A DNA stretch of 64,000 nucleotides, taken from NCBI GenBank assembly GCA_964016885.1, contig OZ024742.1, positions 215,512,001-215,576,000 on the forward strand, read 5' to 3'. Position numbers and translations under genes: made by a program. How positions within the stretch are numbered: position 1 is the first letter of the stretch; the number at the start of each line of letters is the position of its first letter. Under the pieces are notes generated by a model. The model did not search any database and was not told the origin of the DNA. It saw only the letters and a list, made by a program, of their open reading frames with translations. This DNA is from Eledone cirrhosa. Taxonomy: Eukaryota. Shown one piece after another: positions 36,740 through 48,460 of this stretch.

Positions 36740-39700
36740 AGATAGTTGGTGGAGTGGTGTTTGAAGTGGTGTGTTGTTGCTGATAGTTAGATAGTTGGTG
36801 GAGTGGTGTTTGTAGTGGTGTGCTGTCGGTGATAGTTAGATAGTTGGTGGAGTGGTGTTTGTAGTGGTGTGTTGTTGCTGATAGTAAGATAGATGGTGGA
36901 GTGGTGTTTGTAGTGGAGTGTTGTTGCTGATAGTGAGATAGATGTTGGAGTGGTGTTTGTAGTGGTGTGTTGTTGGTGATAGTTAGTTAGTTGGTGGAGT
37001 GGTGTTTGTAGTAGTGTGTTGTTGCTGATAGTGAGATAGATGGTCGAGGGGTGTTTGTAGTGGTGTGTTGTTGGTGATAGTAGATAGATTGTGGAGTAGC
37101 GTTTGTACTGATGTGTTGTTGGTGATAGTTAGATAGTTGGTGGAGTGGTGTTTGTAGTGGTGTGTTGTTGGTGATAGTTAGATAGATGGTGGAGTGGTGT
37201 TTGTAGTGATGTGTTTTTTCTGATAGTGAGATAGTTGGTGGAGTGGTGTTTGTAGTGGTGTCATGTTGTTCATAGTTAGATAGTTGGTGAAGTGGTGTTT
37301 GTAGTGGTGTGTTGTTGGTGATAGTTAGATAGTTGGTGGAGTGGTGTTTGTAGTGGTGTGTTGTTGCTGATATTTAGATAGTTGGTGGAGTGGTGTTTGT
37401 AGTGGTGTGTTGTTGGTGATAGTGAGATAGATGGTGGGGTGGTGTTTGTAGTGGTGTGTGGTTCTTGATAGTTAGATAGATGGTGGAGTGGTGTTTGTAG
37501 TGGTGTGTTGTTGGTGATAGTTAGATAGTTGGTGGAGTGGTATTTGTAGTGGTGTGTTGTCGGTGATAGTTAGATTGATGGTGGAGTGGTGTTTGTAGTG
37601 GTGTGTTGTTGGTGATAGTTAGATAGTTGGTGGAGTGGTGTTTATAGTGGTGTGTTGTTGCCGATAGTTAGATAGTTGGTGGAGTGGTGTTTGGAGTGGT
37701 GTTTGTAGTGGTGTGTTGTTGGTGATAGTTATATAGTTGGTAAAGTGGTGTTTGTAGTGGTGTGTTGTTGCTGATAGTTAGATAGTTGGTGGAGTGGTGT
37801 TTGTAGCGGTGTGTTGTTGGTGATAGTTAGATAGTTGGTGGAGTGGTGTTTGTAGTAGTGTGTTGTTGCTGATAGTTAGATAGTTGGTGGAGTGGTGTTT
37901 GTAGTGGTGTGTTGTTGCTGATAGTTAGATAGTTGGTGGAGTGGTGTTTGTAGTGGTGTGTTGTTGGTGATAGTTAGATAGTTGGTGGAGTGGTGTTTGT
38001 AGTGGTGTGTTGTTGGTGATAGTTAGATATATGGTGGAGTGGTGTTTGTATTGGTGTGTTGTTGGTAATAGTTAGATAGTTGGTGGAGTGGTTTTTGTAG
38101 TGGTGTGTACTTGGTCATAGTTAGATAGTTGGTGGAGTGGTGTTTGTAGTGGTGTGTTGTTGCTGATAGTTAGATAGTTGGCGGAGTGGTGTTTATAGTG
38201 GTGTGTTGTTGCTGATAGTTAGATAGTTAGTGGAGTGGTGTTTGTAGTGGTGTGTTGTTGGTGATAGTTTGATCGTTGGTGGAGTGGTGTTTGTAGTGGT
38301 GTATTTTTGGTGATAGTTAGAAAGATGGTGGAGTGGTGTTTGTAGTGATGTGTCGTTTCTGATAGTTAGATAGTTGGTGGAGTGGTGTTTGTAGTGGTGT
38401 CATGTTGCTGATAGTTAGATAGTTGGTGAAGTGGTGTTTGTAGTGGTGTGTTGTAGGTGATAGTTAGATGGTTGGTGGAGTGGTGTTTGTAGAGGTGTGT
38501 TGTTGGTGATAGTGAAATAGATGGTGGAGTGGTGTTTGTAGTGGTGTGTTGTTGGTGATAGTTAGATAGTTGGTGGAGTGGTGTTTGTAGTGGTGTGTTA
38601 TTGCCGATAGTCAGATAGATGTTGGAGTGGTGTTTGTAGTGGTGTGTTGTTGGTGATAGTTAGATAGTTGGTAAAGTTGTTTTTGTAGTGGTGTGTTGTT
38701 GCTGATAGTTAGATAGTTAGTGGAGTGGTGTTTGTAGTGGTGTGTTGTTGGTGATAGTTTGATCGTTGGTGGAGTGGTGTTTGTAGTGGTGTATTTTTGG
38801 TGATAGTTAGAAAGATGGTGGAGTGGTGTTTGTAGTGATGTGTCGTTTCTGATAGTTAGATAGTTGGTGGAGTGGTGTTTGTAGTGGTGTCATGTTGCTG
38901 ATAGTTAGATAGTTGGTGAAGTGGTGTTTGTAGTGGTGTGTTGTAGGTGATAGTTAGATGGTTGGTGGAGTGGTGTTTGTAGAGGTGTGTTGTTGGTGAT
39001 AGTGAAATAGATGGTGGAGTGGTGTTTGTAGTGGTGTGTTGTTGGTGATAGTTAGATAGTTGGTGGAGTGGTGTTTGAAGTGGTGTGTTGTTGCTGATAG
39101 TTAGATAGTTGGTGGAGTGGTGTTTGTAGTGGTGTGCTGTCGGTGATAGTTAGATAGTTGGTGGAGTGGTGTTTGTAGTGGTGTGTTGTTGCTGATAGTA
39201 AGATAGATGGTGGAGTGGTGTTTGTAGTGGAGTGTTGTTGCTGATAGTGAGATAGATGTTGGAGTGGTGTTTGTAGTGGTGTGTTGTTGGTGATAGTTAG
39301 TTAGTTGGTGGAGTGGTGTTTGTAGTAGTGTGTTGTTGCTGATAGTGAGATAGATGGTCGAGGGGTGTTTGTAGTGGTGTGTTGTTGGTGATAGTAGATA
39401 GATTGTGGAGTAGCGTTTGTACTGATGTGTTGTTGGTGATAGTTAGATAGTTGGTGGAGTGGTGTTTGTAGTGGTGTGTTGTTGGTGATAGTTAGATAGA
39501 TGGTGGAGTGGTGTTTGTAGTGATGTGTTTTTTCTGATAGTGAGATAGTTGGTGGAGTGGTGTTTGTAGTGGTGTCATGTTGTTCATAGTTAGATAGTTG
39601 GTGAAGTGGTGTTTGTAGTGGTGTGTTGTTGGTGATAGTTAGATAGTTGGTGGAGTGGTGTTTGTAGTGGTGTGTTGTTGCTGATATTTAGATAGTTGGT

Positions 39701-41020
39701 GGAGTGGTGTTTGTAGTGGTGTGTTGTTGGTGATAGTGAGATAGATGGTGGGGTGGTGTTTGTAGTGGTGTGTGGTTCTTGATAGTTAGATAGATGGTGG
39801 AGTGGTGTTTGTAGTGGTGTGTTGTTGGTGATAGTTAGATAGTTGGTGGAGTGGTATTTGTAGTGGTGTGTTGTCGGTGATAGTTAGATTGATGGTGGAG
39901 TGGTGTTTGTAGTGGTGTGTTGTTGGTGATAGTTAGATAGTTGGTGGAGTGGTGTTTATAGTGGTGTGTTGTTGCCGATAGTTAGATAGTTGGTGGAGTG
40001 GTGTTTGGAGTGGTGTTTGTAGTGGTGTGTTGTTGGTGATAGTTATATAGTTGGTAAAGTGGTGTTTGTAGTGGTGTGTTGTTGCTGATAGTTAGATAGT
40101 TGGTGGAGTGGTGTTTGTAGCGGTGTGTTGTTGGTGATAGTTAGATAGTTGGTGGAGTGGTGTTTGTAGTAGTGTGTTGTTGCTGATAGTTAGATAGTTG
40201 GTGGAGTGGTGTTTGTAGTGGTGTGTTGTTGCTGATAGTTAGATAGTTGGTGGAGTGGTGTTTGTAGTGGTGTGTTGTTGGTGATAGTTAGATAGTTGGT
40301 GGAGTGGTGTTTGTAGTGGTGTGTTGTTGGTGATAGTTAGATATATGGTGGAGTGGTGTTTGTATTGGTGTGTTGTTGGTAATAGTTAGATAGTTGGTGG
40401 AGTGGTTTTTGTAGTGGTGTGTACTTGGTCATAGTTAGATAGTTGGTGGAGTGGTGTTTGTAGTGGTGTGTTGTTGCTGATAGTTAGATAGTTGGCGGAG
40501 TGGTGTTTATAGTGGTGTGTTGTTGCTGATAGTTAGATAGTTAGTGGAGTGGTGTTTGTAGTGGTGTGTTGTTGGTGATAGTTTGATCGTTGGTGGAGTG
40601 GTGTTTGTAGTGGTGTATTTTTGGTGATAGTTAGAAAGATGGTGGAGTGGTGTTTGTAGTGATGTGTCGTTTCTGATAGTTAGATAGTTGGTGGAGTGGT
40701 GTTTGTAGTGGTGTCATGTTGCTGATAGTTAGATAGTTGGTGAAGTGGTGTTTGTAGTGGTGTGTTGTAGGTGATAGTTAGATGGTTGGTGGAGTGGTGT
40801 TTGTAGAGGTGTGTTGTTGGTGATAGTGAAATAGATGGTGGAGTGGTGTTTGTAGTGGTGTGTTGTTGGTGATAGTTAGATAGTTGGTGGAGTGGTGTTT
40901 GTAGTGGTGTGTTATTGCCGATAGTCAGATAGATGTTGGAGTGGTGTTTGTAGTGGTGTGTTGTTGGTGATAGTTAGATAGTTGGTAAAGTTGTTTTTGT
41001 AGTGGTGTGTTGTTGCTGAT
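36740..41020 (+). repeat. Tandem duplication, period 2314 bp (47 monomers + 12 - 1 bp), containing a nested 490-bp (10-monomer) repeat at ~38200-39060
   Basis: agttagttag 36981/39295; gtttgtactg 37101/39415; gtacttggtc 38107/40421; nested gatcgttggt 38271/38761. Confidence 0.88.
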
Positions 41021-44000
41021 AGTTAGATAGTTGGTGGAGTGGTGTTTTTAGTGGTGTGTTGTTTGTGATAGTTAGATAGATGTTGGAGTGGTGTTTGTAG
41101 TTGTGTGTTGTTGGTGATAGTTAGATAGTTGGTGGAGTGGTGTTTGTCGTGGTGTGTTGTTGGTGATTGTTAGATAGTTGGTGCAGTGGTGTTTGTAGTG
41201 GTGTGTTGTTGGTGATTGTTAGATAGTTGGTGCAGTGGTGTTTGTAGTGGTGTGTTGTTGGTGATAGTTAGATAGTTGGTGGAGTGGTGTTTGTAGTGGT
41301 GTGTTGTTGCTGATAGTAATATAGATGGTGGAGTGGTGTTTGTAGTGGTGTGTTGTTACTGATAGTGAGATAGATGTTGGAGTGGTGTTTGTAGTGGAGT
41401 GTTGTTGGTGATAGTTAGATAGTTGGTGGAGTAGTGTTTGTAGTGATGTGTTGTTGGTGATAGTTAGATAGTTGGTGGAGTGGTGTTTGAAGTGGTGTGT
41501 TGTTGGTGATAGTTATATATATGGTAGAGTGGTGTTTGTAGTGATGTGTTGTTTCTGATAGATAGATAGTTGGTGGAGTGGTGTTTGTAGCGGTGTCATG
41601 TTGTTCATAGTTAGATAGTTGGTGAAGTGGTGTTTGTAGTGGTGTGTTGTTGGTGATAGTTAGATAGTTGGTGGAGTGGTGTTTGTAGTGGTGTGTTGTT
41701 GGTGATAGTTAGATAGTTGGTGGAGTGGTGTTTGTAGTGGTGTGTTGTTGCTGATAGTTAGATAGTTGGTGGAGTGGTGTTTGTAGTGGTGTGTTGTTGG
41801 TGATAGTGAGATAGATGGTGGAGTGGTGTTTGTAGTGGTGTGTTGTTGGTGATAGATAGATAGTTGGTTAAGTGGTGTTTATAGTGGTGTGTTGTTGCTG
41901 ATAGTTAGATAGATGGTGGAGTGGTGTTTGGAGTGGTGTTTGGAGTGGTGTGTTGTTGCTGATAGTTAGATAGTTGGTGGTGAGGTGTTTGTAGTGGTGT
42001 GTTGTTGTTGATAGTTAGATAGTTGGTGGAGTGGTGTTTGCAGTTGTGTGTTGTTGTTGATAGTTAGATAGATGGTGGAGTGGTGTTTGTAGTGGTGTGT
42101 TGTTGGTGATAGTTAGATAGTTGGTGGAGTGGTGTTTGTAGTGGTGTGTTGTTGCTGATAGTTAGATAGTTGGTGGAGTGGTGTTTGTAGTGGTGTGTTG
42201 TTGCTGATAGTTAGATAGTTGGTGGAGTGGTGTTTGTAGTGGTGTGGTGTTGGTGATAGTTAGATAGTTGGTGGAGTGGTGTTTGTAGTGTTGTGTTGTT
42301 GGTATTGTTAGATAGTTGGTGGAGTGGTGTTTGGAGTGGTGTATTGTTGCTGATAGTTAGATAGTTGGTGGAGTGGTGTTTGTAGTGGTGTGGTGTTGGT
42401 GATAGTTAGATAGTTGGTGGAGTGGTGTTTGTAATGGTGTGTTGTTGGTGATAGTTAGATAGTTGGTGGAGTGGTGTTTGTAGTGGTGTGTTGTTGCTGA
42501 TAGTGAGATAGATGGTGGAGTGTTGTTTGTAGTGGTGTGTTGTTGGTGATAGTAGATAGATGGTGGAGTAGTGTTTGTAGTGATGTGTTGTTGGTGATAG
42601 TTAGATAGTTGGTGGAGTGGTGTTTGTAGTGGTGTGTTGTTGGCGATAGTGAGATAGATGGTGGAGTGGTGTTTGTAGTGGTGTGTTGTTGGTGATAGTT
42701 AGATAGTTGGTGGAGTGGTGTTTGTAGTGGTGTGTTGTTGCTGATAGTTAGATAGTTGGTGGAGTGGAGTTTTTAGTGGTGTGTTGTTGGTGATAGTTAG
42801 ATAGTTGGTGGAGTGGTGTTTGTAGTGGTGTGTTGTTGCTGATAGTTAGATCATTGGTGGAGTGGTGTTTGTAGTGGTGTGTTGTTGGTGATAGTTAGAT
42901 AGTTGGTGGAGTGGTGTTTGTAGTAGTGTGTTGTTGCTGATAGTTAGATAGTTGTTGGAGTGGTGTTTGTAGTGGTGTGTTGTTGCTGATATTTAGATAG
43001 TTGGTGCAGTGGTGTTTGTAGTGGTGTGTTGTTGGTGATAGTGAGATAGATGGTGGGGTGGTGTTTGTAGTGGTGTGTGGTTGGTGATAGTTAGATAGAT
43101 GGTGGAGTGGTGTTTGTAGTGGTGTGTTGTTGGTGATAGTTAGATAGTTGGTGGAGTGGTGTTTGTAGTGGTGTGTTGTCGGTGATAGTTAGATAGATGG
43201 TGGAGTGGAGTTTGTAGTGGTGTGTTGTTGGTGATAGCGAGATATATGGTGGAGTGGTGTTTGTAGTGGTGTGTTGTTGCTGATAGTTAGATAGTTGGTG
43301 GAGTGGTGTTTATAGTGGTGTGTTGTTGCCGATAGTTAGATAGTTGGTGGAGTGGTGTTTGGAGTGGTGTTTGTAGTGGTGTGTTGTTGGTGATAGTTAG
43401 ATAGTTGGTAAAGTGTTGTTTGTAGTGGTGTGTTGTTGCTGATAGTTAGATAGTTGGTGGAGTGGTGTTTGTAGTGGTGTGTTGTTGGTTATAGTTAGAT
43501 AGTTGGTGGAGTGGTGTTTGTAGTAGTGTGCTGTTGCTGATAGTTAGATAGTTGGTGGAGTGGTGTTTGTAGTGGTGTGTTGTTGCTGATAGTTAGATAG
43601 TTGGTGGAGTGGTGTTTGTAGTGTTGTGTTGTTGGTGATAGTTAGATAGTTGGTGGAGTGTTGTTTGTAGTGGTGTGTTGTTGGTGATAGTTAGATATAT
43701 GGTGGAGTGGTGTTTGTATTGGTGTGTTGTTGGTGATAGTTAGATAGTTGGTGGAGTGGTGTTTGTAGTGGTGTGTTGTTGGTCATAGTTAGATAGTTGG
43801 TGGAGTGGTGTTTGTAGTGGTGTGTTGTTGCTGATAGTTAGATAGTTGGCGGAGTGGTGTTTATAGTGGTGTGTTGTTGCTGATAGTTAGATAGTTAGTG
43901 GAGTGGTGTTTGTAGTGGTGTGTTGTTGGTGATAGTTAGATAGTTGGTGGAGTGGTGTTTGTAGTGGTGTATTTTTGGTGATAGTTAGAAAGATGGTGGA

Positions 44001-47000
44001 GTGGTGTTTGTAGTGATGTGTTGTTTCTGATAGTTAGATAGTTGGTGGAGTGGTGTTTGTAGTGGTGTCATGTTGGTGATAGTGAGATAGATGGTGGAGT
44101 GGTGTTTGTTATGGTGTGTTGTTGGTGATAGTTAGATAGTTGGTGGAGTGGTGTTTGTAGTGGTGTGTGGTTCTTGATAGTTAGATAGATGGTGGAGTGG
44201 TGTTTGTAGTGGTGTGTTGTTGGTGATAGTTAGATAGTTGGTGGAGTGGTATTTGTAGTGGTGTGTTGTCGGTGATAGTTAGATTGATGGTGGAGTGGTG
44301 TTTGTAGTGGTGTGTTGTTGGTGATAGTTAGATAGTTGGTGGAGTGGTGTTTATAGTGGTGTGTTGTTGCCGATAGTTAGATAGTTGGTGGAGTGGTGTT
44401 TGGAGTGGTGTTTGTAGTGGTGTGTTGTTGGTGATAGTTATATAGTTGGTAAAGTGGTGTTTGTAGTGGTGTGTTGTTGCTGATAGTTAGATAGTTGGTG
44501 GAGTGGTGTTTGTAGCGGTGTGTTGTTGGTGATAGTTAGATAGTTGGTGGAGTGGTGTTTGTAGTAGTGTGTTGTTGCTGATAGTTAGATAGTTGGTGGA
44601 GTGGTGTTTGTAGTGTTGTGTTGTTGCTGATAGTTAGATTGTTGGTGGAGTGGTGTTTGTAGTGGTGTGTTGTTGGTAATAGTTAGATAGTTGGTGGAGT
44701 GGTGTTTGTAGTGGTGTGTTGTTGGTGATAGTTAGATATATGGTGGAGTGGTGTTTGTATTGGTGTGTTGTTGGTAATAGTTAGATAGTTGGTGGAGTGG
44801 TTTTTGTAGTGGTGTGTACTTGGTCATAGTTAGATAGTTGGTGGAGTGGTGTTTGTAGTGGTGTGTTGTTGCTGATAGTTAGATAGTTGGCGGAGTGGTG
44901 TTTATAGTGGTGTGTTGTTGCTGATAGTTAGATAGTTAGTGGAGTGGTGTTTGTAGTGGTGTGTTGTTGGTGATAGTTTGATCGTTGGTGGAGTGGTGTT
45001 TGTAGTGGTGTATTTTTGGTGATAGTTAGAAAGATGGTGGAGCGGTGTTTGTAGTGATGTGTCGTTTCTGATAGTTAGATAGTTGGTGGAGTGGTGTTTG
45101 TAGTGGTGTCATGTTGCTGATAGTTAGATAGTTGGTGAAGTGGTGTTTGTAGTGGTGTGTTGTAGGTGATAGTTAGATGGTTGGTGGAGTGGTGTTTGTA
45201 GAGGTGTGTTGTTGGTGATAGTGAAATAGATGGTGGAGTGGTGTTTGTAGTGGTGTGTTGTTGGTGATAGTTAGATAGTTGGTGGAGTGGTGTTTGTAGT
45301 GGTGTGTTATTGCCGATAGTCAGATAGATGTTGGAGTGGTGTTTGTAGTGGTGTGTTGTTGGTGATAGTTAGATAGTTGGTAAAGTTGTTTTTGTAGTGG
45401 TGTGTTGTTGCTGATAGTTAGATAGTTGGTGGAGTGGTGTTTTTAGTGGTGTGTTGTTTGTGATAGTTAGATAGATGTTGGAGTGGTGTTTGTAGTTGTG
45501 TGTTGTTGGTGATAGTTAGATAGTTGGTGGAGTGGTGTTTGTCGTGGTTTGTTGTTGGTGATAGTTAGATAGATGTTGGAATGGTGTTTGTAGTTGTGTG
45601 TTGTTGTTGATAGTTAGATAGTTGGTGGAGTGGTGTTTGTAGTGGTGTGTTGTTGGTGATTGTTAGATAGTTGGTGCAGTGGTGTTTGTAGTGGTGTGTT
45701 GTTGGTGATAGTTAGATAGTTGGTGGAGTGGTGTTTGTAGTGGTGTGTTGTTGCTGATAGTAATATAGATGGTGGAGTGGTGTTTGTAGTGGTGTGTTGT
45801 TACTGATAGTGAGATAGATGTTGGAGTGGTGTTTGTAGTGGAGTGTTGTTGGTGATAGTTAGATAGTTGGTGGAGTAGTGTTTGTAGTGATGTGTTGTTG
45901 GTGATAGTTAGATAGTTGGTGGAGTGGTGTTTGAAGTGGTGTGTTGTTGGTGATAGTTATATATATGGTAGAGTGGTGTTTGTAGTGATGTGTTGTTTCT
46001 GATAGATAGATAGTTGGTGGAGTGGTGTTTGTAGCGGTGTCATGTTGTTCATAGTTAGATAGTTGGTGAAGTGGTGTTTGTAGTGGTGTGTTGTTGGTGA
46101 TAGTTAGATAGTTGGTGGAGTGGTGTTTGTAGTGGTGTGTTGTTGCTGATAGTTAGATAGTTGGTGGAGTGGTGTTTGTAGTGGTGTGTTGTTGGTGATA
46201 GTGAGATAGATGGTGGAGTGGTGTTTGTAGTGGTGTGTTGTTGGTGATAGATAGATAGTTGGTTAAGTGGTGTTTATAGTGGTGTGTTGTTGCTGATAGT
46301 TAGATAGATGGTGGAGTGGTGTTTGGAGTGGTGTTTGGAGTGGTGTGTTGTTGCTGATAGTTAGATAGTTGGTGGTGAGGTGTTTGTAGTGGTGTGTTGT
46401 TGGTGATAGTTAGATAGTTGGTGGAGTGGTGTTTGCAGTTGTGTGTTGTTGTTGATAGTTAGATAGATGGTGGAGTGGTGTTTGTAGTGGTGTGTTGTTG
46501 GTGATAGTTAGATAGTTGGTGGAGTGGTGTTTGTAGTGGTGTGTTGTTGCTGATAGTTAGATAGTTGGTGGAGTGGTGTTTGTAGTGGTGTGTTGTTGCT
46601 GATAGTTAGATAGTTGGTGGAGTGGTGTTTGTAGTGGTGTGGTGTTGGTGATAGTTAGATAGTTGGTGGAGTGGTGTTTGTAGTGTTGTGTTGTTGGTAT
46701 TGTTAGATAGTTGGTGGAGTGGTGTTTGGAGTGGTGTGTTGTTGCTGATAGTTAGATAGTTGGTGGAGTGGTGTTTGTAGTGGTGTGGTGTTGGTGATAG
46801 TTAGATAGTTGGTGGAGTGGTGTTTGTAATGGTGTGTTGTTGGTGATAGTTAGATAGTTGGTGGGGTGGTGTTTGTAGTGGTGTGTTGTTGCTGATAGTG
46901 AGATAGATGGTGGAGTGGTGTTTGTAGTGGTGTGTTGTTGGTGATAGTAGATAGATGGTGGAGTAGTGTTTGTAGTGATGTGTTGTTGGTGATAGTTAGA

Positions 47001-48460
47001 TAGTTGGTGGAGTGGTGTTTGTAGTGGTGTGTTGTTGGCGATAGTGAGATAGATGGTGGAGTGGTGTTTGTAGTGGTGTGTTGTTGGTGATAGTTAGATA
47101 GTTGGTGGAGTGGTGTTTGTAGTGGTGTGTTGTTGCTGATAGTTAGATAGTTGGTGGAGTGGAGTTTTTAGTGGTGTGTTGTTGGTGATAGTTAGATAGT
47201 TGGTGGAGTGGTGTTTGTAGTGGTGTGTTGTTGCTGATAGTTAGATCATTGGTGGAGTGGTGTTTGTAGTGGTGTGTTGTTGGTGATAGTTAGATAGTTG
47301 GTGGAGTGGTGTTTGTAGTAGTGTGTTGTTGCTGATAGTTAGATAGTTGTTGGAGTGGTGTTTGTAGTGGTGTGTTGTTGCTGATATTTAGATAGTTGGT
47401 GCAGTGGTGTTTGTAGTGGTGTGTTGTTGGTGATAGTGAGATAGATGGTGGGGTGGTGTTTGTAGTGGTGTGTGGTTGGTGATAGTTAGATAGATGGTGG
47501 AGTGGTGTTTGTAGTGGTGTGTTGTTGGTGATAGTTAGATAGTTGGTGGAGTGGTGTTTGTAGTGGTGTGTTGTCGGTGATAGTTAGATAGATGGTGGAG
47601 TGGAGTTTGTAGTGGTGTGTTGTTGGTGATAGTTAGATAGTTGGTGGAGTGGTGTTTGGAGTGGTGTTTGTAGTGGTGTGTTGTTGGTGATAGTTAGATA
47701 GTTGGTAAAGTGTTGTTTGTAGTGGTGTGTTGTTGCTGATAGTTAGATAGTTGGTGGAGTGGTGTTTGTAGTGGTGTGTTGTTGGTTATAGTTAGATAGT
47801 TGGTGGAGTGGTGTTTGTAGTAGTGTGCTGTTGCTGATAGTTAGATAGTTGGTGGAGTGGTGTTTGTAGTGGTGTGTTGTTGCTGATAGTTAGATAGTTG
47901 GTGGAGTGGTGTTTGTAGTGTTGTGTTGTTGGTGATAGTTAGATAGTTGGTGGAGTGTTGTTTGTAGTGGTGTGTTGTTGGTGATAGTTAGATATATGGT
48001 GGAGTGGTGTTTGTATTGTTGTGTTGTTGGTGATAGTTAGATAGTTGGTGGAGTGGTGTTTGTAGTGGTGTGTTGTTGGTCATAGTTAGATAGTTGGTGG
48101 AGTGGTGTTTGTAGTGGTGTGTTGTTGCTGATAGTTCTATAGTTGGCGGAGTGGTGTTTATAGTGGTGTGTTGTTGCTGATAGTTAGATAGTTAGTGGAG
48201 TGGTGTTTGTAGTGGTGTGTTGTTGGTGATAGTTAGATAGTTGGTGGAGTGGTGTTTGTAGTGGTGTATTTTTGGTGATAGTTAGAAAGATGGTGGAGTG
48301 GTGTTTGTAGTGATGTGTTGTTTCTGATAGTTAGATAGTTGGTGGAGTGGTGTTTGTTGTGGTGTCATGTTGGTGATAGTGAGATAGATGGTGGAGTGGT
48401 GTTTGTTATGGTGTGTTGTTGGTGATAGTTAGATAGTTGGTGGAGTGGTGTTTGTAGTGG
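39760..48460 (+). repeat. Tandem duplication of ~4.3-4.4 kb (offsets 4395/4444/4395/4297)
   Basis: tgtggttctt 39771/44166; tgatagtaat 41311/45755; tcattgg 42851/47246; ggtgtttgttatgg 44101/48398. Confidence 0.86.
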
